Positions 31,095-41,354 are shown, counted from the first letter of the stretch. The stretch: 64,000 bases of DNA from an uncultured Nitrososphaerota archaeon (GCA_963799845.1 CAWCYI010000006.1:1568001-1632000); one strand, 5' to 3'. Translations and numbers: made by a program. Notes: generated by a model from the letters alone, not told the origin.

Positions 31095-32219
31095 CTAGGC
31101 ACCGAAAGTATTCAATGTCGCTGTATCGTCAACTTCTTCGAGAATCTGACGATAGAAATCTAGAAAGCTTTCAAAAGTACATTCTTTTGTGTGTGGTATT
31201 AGAGCAATTTCGCTCTCATTCGAAGAGATACCAAAGATACTTTCTTTTTCACGATCCATGGCGGTCGCAATCCAATGAAATGAACCTTTATCTTGCTTCT
31301 TATCAAGAAATTCGAATCTCCTGCTGTCAGCAAATTCGAACCTCCTATGGATCGACATGAATTCTTTGACAGTATTATCATCTAATTTTTTGGCGTTTAG
31401 CCTAATTTTTCCAGATGTTAGAGCTGGAATCTTCATCTTACCAGTTTCAGAAACAATGGTTTCAAAATCTCTTTTCAAAAGTTGAGATGTGGCAGTCAAT
31501 TTTGCTTCCTTATCTTTGATGTAACTTAATGCGTAATCAAATGCATTGAACATTTCTTTGGTTTGGCTACGAACTGTGAATAGACCATCGTTGGTGAATT
31601 GTATCTCCCCACCTTTCATTCGAAGAGCCACAGAAGTTGGTCTTATTCCGTAAGTCGCTCTTAATTCCAAAAGTGTCTCATAACTATCTCTGGCTCTCCA
31701 AAACACTTTGCGACTCACATCACGTTTTGTTTTTTCTGGAAAAGTGTCATCTTCTGCACGATTCGCTCTGAACCACCTCATTGTCGGATGAAATTTGTCC
31801 ATAACGTGAAAGAGCAAATCCTCAAAAAGCCTAGGCCCTATCCACATCTTTCCGAAACCAGATGTTGTTTTGACAAAATAATCCAAAGTATTGGAATATT
31901 CCTTTCCTGTTGAAGAGCTGTAAAAAAGTAAAAGCTTTGGACTAAATCTAGTCACAAAGAAGTCAGTTCGTGAATTTTCGTTAGAAAAATCTGGAATTCT
32001 AACATGCCAAAAGTCGCCTAGATCTCGCACACGGTATTTCAGGAGCTTTAACTCCAACATATTCTCACGAGTTCTTACGGCATGAATTTTTATCCACTTG
32101 TACTTCTTTCCCTGAGAGAATAAAGTAGCTTTATCTCTATTCTTGATCATACACTCATGAAAGGTTTCAATCGTGTACTTTCCGTCAGGAATTTGAAACT
32201 CTTGCTCGGTAGAAGACAA
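31095..32219 (-). CDS. hypothetical protein, co-transcribed with the nuclease
   Basis: 374-aa AT-rich ORF, 5 bp from the next gene. Confidence 0.8.
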   Translation of the reverse strand: MSSTEQEFQIPDGKYTIETFHECMIKNRDKATLFSQGKKYKWIKIHAVRTRENMLELKLLKYRVRDLGDFWHVRIPDFSNENSRTDFFVTRFSPKLLLFYSSSTGKEYSNTLDYFVKTTSGFGKMWIGPRLFEDLLFHVMDKFHPTMRWFRANRAEDDTFPEKTKRDVSRKVFWRARDSYETLLELRATYGIRPTSVALRMKGGEIQFTNDGLFTVRSQTKEMFNAFDYALSYIKDKEAKLTATSQLLKRDFETIVSETGKMKIPALTSGKIRLNAKKLDDNTVKEFMSIHRRFEFADSRRFEFLDKKQDKGSFHWIATAMDREKESIFGISSNESEIALIPHTKECTFESFLDFYRQILEEVDDTATLNTFGA

Positions 32220-32309
32220 AGCGCACGTATTTTCTCTTGGGGTTGCTCCCCTCTTTAAGAGATTTGCTGTTTGAAATCCAGATTGGTAATTGGCATATAA
32301 TACATAGAA

Positions 32310-32570
32310 AGTCAGCCTTGAGATTTTTCTTGAGCTTTTGTTTCCACTCTTCCTGAGTGATGACTCTTTTCCTCAAGAAGCTCCGCTAGATTGGTGATCA
32401 TAGTCTCGAGTACATCGGTATCTTCACTTTCTTTGTTCCTTCTTTTCATTAGCACTTTTTCCACCTTTATCCAAGTATCCTTTTCGCTCAAGTAAGCTAG
32501 GACGATCGCTCTAATTATGTCACTATATCCTCATCCCAGCTCTCCCACCAGTTCGGAATTGATCTGGTAA
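32310..32570 (-). pseudogene. degraded CopG/RHH-like gene and small partner
   Basis: ELVGELG*GYSDIIRAIVLAYLSEK followed by LAELLEE/VITQEEW with a frameshift. Confidence 0.5.
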
Positions 32571-32587
32571 TGCAACTAGAGCTTTTT

Positions 32588-32775
32588 TCATTCTTTTCTA
32601 GCCAGCTGCAAAGCTTCGATTGCACTTCCTTCGGGATTTGTCCACAGTTGCAAGGTTTCGTTCTGTGTGGCATTCTCGATTAGCTGTTTCCAAACTTTGA
32701 TTTCAATTCCAGCTCGTAGAGCTGGAGTTTTGCCCTTGAAGCTCATGTGAGGGCGGATGTAGTTGTAATATGTCG
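32588..32775 (-). pseudogene. C-terminal remnant of a DDE (rve/IS6-like) transposase
   Basis: YYNYIRPHMSFKGKTPALRAGI motif. Confidence 0.7.
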
Positions 32776-32951
32776 TGTCTCTCTCAAGGATTAGTCTAGC
32801 ACAATCTTGGTTCTTTGAATCCCCCGGTGATTCGGCATTTTTCTTGATCCTCTGGTGGCAGTCCAGGCAGAGAATCGAATTCGTTTGACTATCCTTTCTA
32901 TCGACGGGCGCTCTCGCTAGTTCCATGAGTCTTCCTGAAGCAACTTGGCAG

Positions 32952-33308
32952 CTACACTTGCAGGGCGGTCGAAGGATTTCGCAGAAGTTGAACATCATCA
33001 TTGATCAAACTTTGGTTCGATATCAAGACGTTAGACGTCTCTACTAATAGGCGAGCCACGACTTTTCCCTTCGGGGTCAATTTCACAAACATGCGTCGAG
33101 CTACCCTGTCATCAATGTCAAACTCCTTTGTATCCTCGATTTCCATTAACCCATTTACCCACAATGATTTTTTCTCCTTGCTCCAGGTTGAACTGCTGAT
33201 ATTGCTTAGAATTGTGATCTCATGGCAGGTGAGTGTTCCTTTAGGGCAAAACAGAAGCTCGTTTAGTATTCTGCACTCGATTTCGCTGAGAACTGGTACA
33301 TCGAGCAA
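32952..33308 (-). CDS. MarR-like wHTH protein
   Basis: HTH and RRMFVKLTPKG wing. Confidence 0.6.
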   Translation of the reverse strand: MLDVPVLSEIECRILNELLFCPKGTLTCHEITILSNISSSTWSKEKKSLWVNGLMEIEDTKEFDIDDRVARRMFVKLTPKGKVVARLLVETSNVLISNQSLINDDVQLLRNPSTALQV

Positions 33309-33415
33309 CTCTAAGCGATGGCTGCAACAGCGTAGGAATAGAAAACCAATTCGATTTAGTCTTTCTGAGGATCTTCGGGTTATTTTCTTCGTAGATTTGC
33401 AGGTTAGCTCGACGG

Positions 33416-33775
33416 TTGAATGATAGCAAGCTATTGATCACCGAATATCTCGAAGCCTTCTCCTACGTCTGGCAGATGGAAAGAATGTCTCACAAAATCT
33501 GCAGAAATCATCGAGGAATGAAAGTCGCATATGATCCGGAAAAGTATCGGCAGTGCCTACTTTGTTCAAGAGAACGAGAATTGGATCTATTCATTTCGGC
33601 AATGCAGGGAATGTTGGAGTACGGAACATTGCATGGCAAGCAAATGGATTTGATGTTCAATAACGCTTCAGATGCGCAACGTAGAGAACTATCTGCACAA
33701 AGCGACGACATAGTTCAAAAGATCCTAAAAGACTTGAAGGATGCAACAGACATAAGGAAAGCAACCTACGGGTGA
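33416..33775 (+). CDS. hypothetical protein (CxxH/CxxC)
   Basis: ORF with CRNH...CLLC. Confidence 0.5.
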   Translation: MNDSKLLITEYLEAFSYVWQMERMSHKICRNHRGMKVAYDPEKYRQCLLCSRERELDLFISAMQGMLEYGTLHGKQMDLMFNNASDAQRRELSAQSDDIVQKILKDLKDATDIRKATYG

Positions 33776-33852
33776 GCGTGCCCAAACAAATCCTTAGGAA
33801 GACTGGTTTGGCATAGTCCCAATCTTCTTACGATTCTTCTTCCCCTTTGCGG

Positions 33853-34161
33853 CTAGGTCTTGCTGAAATATTTTGACATCCTCATTAGGTCTAAGCGTTT
33901 CGCCGCCAGCCAAGAGAAGACGAAACCCAGAGCAAAGTAATTCGCCGAGATTGCTTGGTCTAAGTCCTCCGCACTGCCTGAATGGCCGAGCTCGTGAGCT
34001 CGTGTTGTCAACCAGTGGAAGGATTCCCGAGGATCTGGCTGATCAATCACTCTCTTGGCGAATTCCTCTATCAGTCTCTCGGCCTTGCCTGATTTTTCGT
34101 TTGTTGACATGACTTTCAGAATTTCTTCCCTCATGTTTTCGAGTTCTTTGTCTTGTGACAT
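33853..34161 (-). CDS. hypothetical helical protein
   Basis: ATG-started 102-aa ORF. Confidence 0.6.
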   Translation of the reverse strand: MSQDKELENMREEILKVMSTNEKSGKAERLIEEFAKRVIDQPDPRESFHWLTTRAHELGHSGSAEDLDQAISANYFALGFVFSWLAAKRLDLMRMSKYFSKT

Positions 34162-34682
34162 GATTCATCAGACTGAATCCTGAATCCGAGAAAATGAAAA
34201 CACTTCAACCAACGAACAGCGGATCACTAGATCTTTTGGTTCCCATCTTTCGGAGAGTATCTATGCTGGGTACGTGTGCTTGACTGTAGCTTTACTCTCC
34301 TTTAATGAGGTAGATTATGTCACCAACCCCGAACTACCCAGCAAGAGAAGTGCTTTTCTTTCGCCTTCGAATGACATACTTTGCGATAATAACGATCATT
34401 GAACCGACGCATCAAACTGATCCGGTGAAATAAGCTCATAATCTTGAGCTTCTTGGCCAGATCCTCAGCGCTCGTATCACACAGTTTCAGCCTCTTTCGA
34501 TACTCGTCGAAGAAGAATTTACTGTACGACATTCGGTCCAAAGTGCACCACTTTGCAGCATCGTACATCAAGCGAATGTATTCCATGCCTGATTCCTTCG
34601 GAAAACCGTCACGGCAAATGAAGTCGATAAAGATCCGATCCGGCAACCATTTTTCGATACTTCCAGAAAACTTTCTCTTTGT

Positions 34683-36181
34683 GTAAGAGGTTACCGTTCT
34701 GAAGCTGAATTCAGGTAGTCGAGCGCGTAATCATAGAAGTTAAGTTTTCTCAGATTGCAAGTCTCTCTGACACTCATCAGCACCTTGTGGGCATCGGCTC
34801 CGTTAGTCGATTGGTTGCCATAGGTTATTTTTCTAATCACTACACTCGGTCTTACCGCTCTCTCAGCTGCGTTGTTGTTCCAATCAACTCCCTTTTCTTC
34901 GAGAAAGGTGAAGAGCATATCCTTCTCTCGATTGAGGCGCTTCAAGAACCTCTTGCAGTTCTTTTCTCCAGTGGATGAGTACGCTTCGACGAGTGTCTCC
35001 ATCCTCCTTTCGAGCCTCTTCTTTGTATTTAGGCGATCGCTCTTCACATTTACTCTCCTTCCCACCTTTATCGCGTCGTTCAGTATGCGTTTGAGCTTCT
35101 TTGCAAATGCAAGAAATTCTATCCCGGGACTCTTGTAGGTGAGAGTGTCATCCACGTCTCTTCGGTAGTGCTGCAGGCACCTCTGGTGCTTTTTACCGAC
35201 GTAGTTCCACGCCGGCCACGAATCGCTTATCACGGTTCCAGGATAGTCACTCCCGAGAATCTCGAGTGGTACATCCCTGCCCCTTGAATTTGCTATCTCG
35301 TAGACGACAGACCATTTTCCTACGAACGCCCACAGCCAGTGGTTCTTTCCCTTGATCCTCCAGCTCGTTTCATCTCCGTTGAGACTCTTCTCCCTTCTGA
35401 TATCAGAAATGAGCTGATCGTACACCGGACCAAAAGCTTCTGCGACCTTGGATACGGAGTGTTCTATCGCCGCATCAGTCATCTCCAGATTGAAGAGCAG
35501 CTTGAAGAGTGAACTAATCTTTGCGTATGACAACCCGAGCAGTTTCAGTGAAACTACGAGGAGCATGAGACGCAGACCGAATCTTTCATTGCTTCCTCCA
35601 CCAATCACGTTTGGAATGGCGGGAGAGACCTGCCCTCCACACCTCTTGCAGTACCGCCTCTTGATAACGTACTCAGTTGCAACGAGTCTCGCAGGAACAA
35701 TGTCCTCGACCACCCTGGTGTATTCATCCGTTGGATCTTCAGAGAGATGCCCGCCGCACTTCGGACAGGTTGTCTGGTCAAGCTCGATTCTTGCGTCAAT
35801 GTGCAGAGGCCTCCTTCTGCTCTTCCCCTCATGGCCGTTCTTCCTGCCTGGTGGTCTCGTCTTCTTGTGATTGGAGGAGGAGTCTGCCTTTGCTCCTATT
35901 CCTCTTGCAACAACGGCTGATACCGTTGTCTTGAGCGAGGAGAGCTCTTCATGCAGCTGTTTGTTTTCTTCGACGACGAGTTTGTACTTCTCTTCGAAGC
36001 CGGATAACTTTTCCTTCAGCTCTTTGTTTTCCTCTTTGAGTCTGGAAAGCTCCTTCCTGAGCTTGTCATTCTCGACATCAATCTCCTCCTCAACGGTCGG
36101 CAAGAGTCTTGCGGTACAAATGAAAACAAGACTCGGCCAAATGTCTTTCGGCCTAGGAGCTTCAAAACACTAAATGCTTAC
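34683..36181 (-). mobile_element. IS66-family (single-ORF, ISBst12-like) element, 1499 bp
   Basis: GTAAG...TGAAGCT imperfect 24-bp TIRs; 8-bp TSD CTCTTTGT at 34675-34682 and 36182-36189. Confidence 0.93.
34691..36103 (-). CDS. IS66 transposase
   Basis: Coiled coil, GHEG, CPKC/CKRC, DETSW, SD, QRCLQH, NNAAERAVR. Confidence 0.95.
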   Translation of the reverse strand: MPTVEEEIDVENDKLRKELSRLKEENKELKEKLSGFEEKYKLVVEENKQLHEELSSLKTTVSAVVARGIGAKADSSSNHKKTRPPGRKNGHEGKSRRRPLHIDARIELDQTTCPKCGGHLSEDPTDEYTRVVEDIVPARLVATEYVIKRRYCKRCGGQVSPAIPNVIGGGSNERFGLRLMLLVVSLKLLGLSYAKISSLFKLLFNLEMTDAAIEHSVSKVAEAFGPVYDQLISDIRREKSLNGDETSWRIKGKNHWLWAFVGKWSVVYEIANSRGRDVPLEILGSDYPGTVISDSWPAWNYVGKKHQRCLQHYRRDVDDTLTYKSPGIEFLAFAKKLKRILNDAIKVGRRVNVKSDRLNTKKRLERRMETLVEAYSSTGEKNCKRFLKRLNREKDMLFTFLEEKGVDWNNNAAERAVRPSVVIRKITYGNQSTNGADAHKVLMSVRETCNLRKLNFYDYALDYLNSASER

Positions 36182-37179
36182 CTCTTTGTTAGGATCATCC
36201 ATGCGTTATAAAATTCATCTCTGGTTCTCCACCACCTTTCCCTTTCGATTTCGTCACGCTGGCTTACTAGGTAGTCATATGACTTCATCAGAATGGAAGC
36301 CCGAATTTCGTACAATAGATACATTAGTATCTTAGTAGGATCCTTCGCTCCCTTCAACGCATTTCTGGAAATATGTTCTAGTATTCCAGACTTTGCTCTT
36401 GGTGAACTCAGCTCAGAAACGGAGGAGGCTCCCAACATTTCGTCAGCAGAATCCAAGAGGGCATGACCCAGCCAATTCCTGAATATAACAACCGACCTAT
36501 CGCCCATCTTCGGTTGATTCTCCATTCTCATCTCTAAAATCATCTTTTCGATATGCTGGGCGATGGAACATTGAGTCTTGAACCAGGCTGGCAGAAGCAC
36601 TTTCTGCGACGGGCGAATATTCTTGCTCCCGACGGCGTCGGTGTAACTCAGCTTCCCGTCAGCCAGAATCTTGTTTATGACGATTGGATTGGGTGTAACT
36701 ATCTTCTTTTGTTTCCCTTTAGGAATTATGATGACCGCGCCGGCCTTCTCAAAGAGGTGCAAAGTTTTGAGAAACCATTCCTTTCCGGTATTGCTATCGT
36801 AGAGTTGATTCTCGGTTTTGCCGGAAGGGTTGGCAAGAGATTTTCGTAGAATAGTTTCCATTCTATCGTCGATTGGAATTTCCACGACGGCCGCGCCTTC
36901 GTTCACTTCCATTACGGGGAGCTGTTGGCGGACCCCTTCGGATTCTTCCGTCATAATCTATAGGCGATCGCGCTGAAGATCGCGTTTGTATTTAGCATTA
37001 GGCAAATTTGCCGCCCCCAAAGCTATTGCAGACCAATAGACCTGGTCATGTCCTTGGATGGAAACTAGGACGGTCGAAGATCGGCCGCAACGAAAGACAC
37101 GGACAGGATAAAGGCCTAACGCGCGCAGACCGGTCTCTGACTGGTTCGTTAAGTCATATGTTTTTCCTACGGCAGAGCC

Positions 37180-37437
37180 ATGGTTGAATTTAGGATCAAA
37201 GTCAACAAAGAGCAACGTACGGGTTATTTTCCAAAACAGGTCTTGGAAGCACTCGGTTGTCAACTTGCTCTGAGAACCGATGGTTGCGCGGCTGTCCTGT
37301 ATTCACAAGAAATGAGTGATGAAGATGTTTTGAGCAGTCTGCGGATCATTGCGGAAGACATCAAGCTTCACAAACAATTCCAAGAATTGGGGAATCAAAA
37401 GAAAGCAGTGAGAAATTCACTTAGGGCGCACGAGTGA
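37180..37437 (+). CDS. AbrB/SpoVT-like DNA-binding protein
   Basis: FRIKV...GYFPKQVLEALG pattern. Confidence 0.65.
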   Translation: MVEFRIKVNKEQRTGYFPKQVLEALGCQLALRTDGCAAVLYSQEMSDEDVLSSLRIIAEDIKLHKQFQELGNQKKAVRNSLRAHE

Positions 37438-37445
37438 GCTTTGGA

Positions 37446-37628
37446 ATGAAAGTACACATCGGAGAGCTCAAGAGAAACGTGGCGAGTCTCCCCAATAACT
37501 ACACAATCCGCGATCCGATCCTCGCGGAACCCGATGAAATTGAATTTGACGAATTTGTTGTAAAGGCAAAAGTTTGGCTGAAAGTCTTGAGCTCGGATGT
37601 AAAGAAGACCAGGAGCCGGGATAATTAG
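37446..37628 (+). CDS. small hypothetical protein
   Basis: Co-oriented ORF within the operon. Confidence 0.5.
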   Translation: MKVHIGELKRNVASLPNNYTIRDPILAEPDEIEFDEFVVKAKVWLKVLSSDVKKTRSRDN

Positions 37629-37759
37629 TCGAGGAGGATGACACTTGCAATTTAGAAAGAGCCAGGCCCGGCAGATGAATCCACCAAGCACGAGCTGCCG
37701 AGCCGACGTCCTCTCGTTACTCCCAATGTTGGCACGCTGGAAATCGGAGAGCAGACTCG

Positions 37760-37957
37760 ATGAGCATTAATCCAGTTAATAACCAGAAGGGTCGTGACGA
37801 CGGAAAAGTAGCTTACCGTTGCGACCAGTGCGACTTTTCGACGAATAATTTTGAAGAATTTCGCATTCATAGACGACACCGCCTAGCTATTGAAAATCGA
37901 AAGGCGGGAACGAGATTGCTCGATGAAGATCCCGAGCCAGAAGAGCCCCAGTGGTGA
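37760..37957 (+). CDS. C2H2 zinc-finger protein
   Basis: YRCDQCDF...FRIHRRH. Confidence 0.65.
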   Translation: MSINPVNNQKGRDDGKVAYRCDQCDFSTNNFEEFRIHRRHRLAIENRKAGTRLLDEDPEPEEPQW

Positions 37958-37969
37958 AAAGGAAGAAGA

Positions 37970-38416
37970 ATGTCTTCCCTTACGTTGCCAAACAAATCAA
38001 TAACGACCTTGAATTTTCAAGATTTTTCGTTCTGCTTGGACGAATGTCTCGCGATTGTCTGGATTGACTACATGCACGGAGGCGGGGAATACGATCCGGT
38101 AATGCGGTACCGCCTAAGCTGCACCGACCTACCTACTATGGCTCTGAGAGCGTCGTACTGGTACGTCAGGGAATTCCCACGGGGACCATCTGAAAGCGAT
38201 TCAGATTATCGCAAACGCAACGCCGATTTCCGGACGAGCTTTTCAGGATTCTATGAACAAAATCAAACGAAAATCGAGCCTCTCGCGAAGGCTCTGGCGA
38301 TCAGTAAGGCCGAGGCAATCAATGATCTAATCTCTGATTTCAGAACCCAGGTTAGAATCGGTAGGGGCTTGATAGATTTTCCTAGAAATGTAACTTTCGC
38401 TGACGAGGTCGGTTGA
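37970..38416 (+). CDS. hypothetical protein
   Basis: ORF 9 bp upstream of the helicase. Confidence 0.6.
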   Translation: MSSLTLPNKSITTLNFQDFSFCLDECLAIVWIDYMHGGGEYDPVMRYRLSCTDLPTMALRASYWYVREFPRGPSESDSDYRKRNADFRTSFSGFYEQNQTKIEPLAKALAISKAEAINDLISDFRTQVRIGRGLIDFPRNVTFADEVG

Positions 38417-38425
38417 AAAAATCAC

Positions 38426-40120
38426 ATGCAAAAGTCGGAACCTGTCCAGGCTGCTGCTGAAAAGGAGAAACTGGAGCTCTTCAAGGAAATCGGCCATGCG
38501 AGGACGCACATCGCCTCGACTCTGGGACTTTCTTCAAGGGATATGCAGACCCGCGAGAAGTACAATCAGGTAACGAGGATTACGTACAATCACCTCCTTG
38601 CGAACGGTCGATTCTACTTTGACAAGAGCAAGAGGGAGGGTTACTGGTTTGACAGTGATTCGAAGCAACTTTGGAAACTTGAGTCTGAAAAATTCTCGTC
38701 GTTCCTATCATGCCGGCTGGACGTGAACCAGAAGGATGCTGCTTTCGATTGGATCATGAGCGGGACAAGGGACAGAGTAGCTCAGGGCGCCGCGAAGGTC
38801 GAACCTCAGACGTTCAGTTACTTCGACGAGACCACATCAGTCCTCTACATCAATAACAAACCAGGGCGAATGCTGCGCATTGGATCAGACACCATCCAGG
38901 AAACAGACAATGGGGACGGCGCGCTGTTTCTCTGGGATGATGATTGGGAGGAGTTTGAATATTCTGGGAGTATCACTTCAAGGAAGACTCTAAAGCAGTT
39001 GATTTACGAGAGACACAGTCTTGACATTTCCGAGACCAGGAATCTCACGACGGAAGATCTCGGCTATCTTCTCAATACTTACATCCAATCAATTTTGTTC
39101 CGGACAATTGTTTTGCATCGTCCACTCCTGGCTTACATAGGACCCTTCGGCTGCGGAAAAACAGAGATGCAGCGTCTTATCGGGATCACTCTGTTCGGGC
39201 GGAATTACGACGTATTGGGACTTGAGGAACAAAAACAGGACGCAGCGATTGCATATGTTACCAATTCGGTTTTTGGAACGTTCGACAATGCGGACGAAAG
39301 ACTCAAGTGGTTACCTGACCTTCTAGCGCGGGTCGTTACTAGGGCAAAAATCCCGAGACGAAAATTGTACACGACGAACGAGCTTGTCAAATATCAGGTC
39401 GATTGTCTCCTTGGCATTACTGCAAGATCTACTCCCTGGGCGAGGCCCGACATAATCAGCAGACTCCTGATCGTTAGGTTCAAGCAGCCGGAGTTTCATG
39501 TCAATGAAAAGAAAGCAAGGCAAGACGTTATAGATCACAGAGTCGAACTCATGGCTGAGATTATCGAAAATGCCAGGAGGGCCATCAAAAAGCTAGGGGA
39601 AACTGAAAGCGAGACTTTCGACTCCCCCAGCAGACTCGCGGGGTTTTACTCCTTCGGCATGCGGATTTCCGACGATCGCGAGAGATTCGACGAAGCATTC
39701 TGCAAAGTGATGCAGCTTCAAGATTATCTTGCTGCGGACGAGGAAGAAACGCTGGTCGCCGTTCTGAAAGCTTGGGTTCGATCGCAATCAGGGGAGAAGG
39801 ATGTGCAGGGGCAGGAAAAGGAGTGGAGCGATGTCAGGACGACCAGCCAGCTCTTGGGAGAGTTAGTCCAGGTGGGGAAGAACAACGGGATGGAGTTCCA
39901 CGTCAAGACTACGAGTTCATTGACGAGGAGGATCAAAGAGAATACGACGATGCTAAAGTCGCAGAAAATCATCTTCCGCGTTGACCATGGCGAGAATGGT
40001 ACCGAATGGCAGTTTAAACTGTACAAAAAAGAAATTCCCAAAGATCCGTCAGATGTGTCAGTTCCGTCAGGACAGACCAAATTTGAGCACGATCCACCCC
40101 CGAAAAGTCCTGACAGATAG
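38426..40120 (+). CDS. P-loop NTPase, probable SF3-like replicative helicase of a mobile element
   Basis: Walker A GPFGCGKT, Walker B FDNAD, RRKLYT, DIISR, C-terminal wHTH-like region. Confidence 0.75.
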   Translation: MQKSEPVQAAAEKEKLELFKEIGHARTHIASTLGLSSRDMQTREKYNQVTRITYNHLLANGRFYFDKSKREGYWFDSDSKQLWKLESEKFSSFLSCRLDVNQKDAAFDWIMSGTRDRVAQGAAKVEPQTFSYFDETTSVLYINNKPGRMLRIGSDTIQETDNGDGALFLWDDDWEEFEYSGSITSRKTLKQLIYERHSLDISETRNLTTEDLGYLLNTYIQSILFRTIVLHRPLLAYIGPFGCGKTEMQRLIGITLFGRNYDVLGLEEQKQDAAIAYVTNSVFGTFDNADERLKWLPDLLARVVTRAKIPRRKLYTTNELVKYQVDCLLGITARSTPWARPDIISRLLIVRFKQPEFHVNEKKARQDVIDHRVELMAEIIENARRAIKKLGETESETFDSPSRLAGFYSFGMRISDDRERFDEAFCKVMQLQDYLAADEEETLVAVLKAWVRSQSGEKDVQGQEKEWSDVRTTSQLLGELVQVGKNNGMEFHVKTTSSLTRRIKENTTMLKSQKIIFRVDHGENGTEWQFKLYKKEIPKDPSDVSVPSGQTKFEHDPPPKSPDR

Positions 40121-40201
40121 CCTGACAGATCAGAAAATTCTGTCAGTCATTCTGTCAGCCAAATCCGTGCTCAAACTGATGGAACTGACGGAACTGATAG
40201 A
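40045..40201. repeat. symmetric iteron-like array, candidate origin of replication
   Basis: GTCAG x3 (9-bp period), CTGACAG x2, CTGTCAG x2, CTGA x3 (9-bp period). Confidence 0.7.
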
Positions 40202-40937
40202 TTTTCAGCAACTTCTCCAATTGTGCAAATTGAGGGATCCACTTGGAAATTCACCATAAAGGGGCGTTATCTTTCCCCGTCACGAAGTCGGCAAGTCCGG
40301 CAAGTTTTTCATAAGCCAGATTTTGCCGGAGTTGCCTTTGCCGCCCTCAAAAAAGATACCCCCCTATTTTTGATGAAATTGCGGGTATCAACGTGAATCA
40401 GATGGAGCACAAATTAGCAACGCACCGATCGGGAAAGAAGCACAAGACAATATTGGAGGGAATTTTGGATCGACAGAATTAAGCAGATTCCGGTCCTTTC
40501 AACGAGAATTGAGTCAGCCATGGCCAAAGCGGCAATCACAGCACCGACAACGATGTTCAGGTGGACTGGCACGGACGTGGCCATAACGTCCTGTTAGAAT
40601 CAGTGCAGGGCCTTTGCGTCGAACCAATTTCCGAGATGGAGCTAGCCCAATAAATTAGCGACTCTAGAAGAAGAATACCAAAGTGATGACTAACCCGGAA
40701 TTTGAGATCAAGGATGGACTGTGCGAAGTTAGAGGCGCGTTTTACGGCACGACAACTTACTACTTTAACGATGGAAGCTGACGGAAGATTGTCATTCTGC
40801 GCCCTAAAACGAATATTTTCTTCTGCCACATACTTACGGGCTATCTAGATGAATTTGTTTCCAGAGCGCCCCGATATAAGGAAATTCGATCGAAACAACC
40901 TTCGTTCAGAGGTGAACATACAGCAGGGGAAAGAGAG

Positions 40938-41354
40938 CTACTTCTTGCCCTTTGCCTTCTTCCGGGGTTTCCAGTCCAGTTTGGCGAGTATCTTGGACAC
41001 GTAGACTTCTTGTTTTTTCACTGCATCGACGCTTTCCTTCGAGATAAAACTCTTCAACGAGATCACTTCGCTGTGCATCTGCGAAACCTGCTTTTCTAGC
41101 CTCTTTGCTGAAACCTCGTTGTTCTTCCTGAAGCTCGAAAGATCTTTCGAGATAGCACCAACGTTCTCGCTTAGGCTCAGCAGAGGCGCTCTTCTCCCGC
41201 TAGTCCCAGCCTTCGGCTTTTTAGTAGTTGTTGCAGCGGGTTCGGCTGAGCTTTCTGTAGGCTGTCTAGCACCAAGAGAGGCAGCCAACCCCATGGCGGT
41301 ATTCTCTTCCTCGGTACTTCTCTTGACAGTACTAACGTTGGTGTCTGAGATCAT
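40938..41354 (-). CDS. hypothetical Lys-rich coiled-coil protein
   Basis: ORF composition. Confidence 0.55.
   Translation of the reverse strand: MISDTNVSTVKRSTEEENTAMGLAASLGARQPTESSAEPAATTTKKPKAGTSGRRAPLLSLSENVGAISKDLSSFRKNNEVSAKRLEKQVSQMHSEVISLKSFISKESVDAVKKQEVYVSKILAKLDWKPRKKAKGKK

Larger units (their letters stand above)
34320..36954 (-). pseudogene. wHTH-like protein split by IS66
   Basis: Removing the IS and one TSD joins ...WMILTK to RKFSGSIEKWLPDRIFIDF in frame. Confidence 0.8.
28101..40350. mobile_element. integrated plasmid/virus-like element; right boundary uncertain
   Basis: Integrase, cargo, divergent regulators, helicase and iteron-like origin. Confidence 0.6.
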
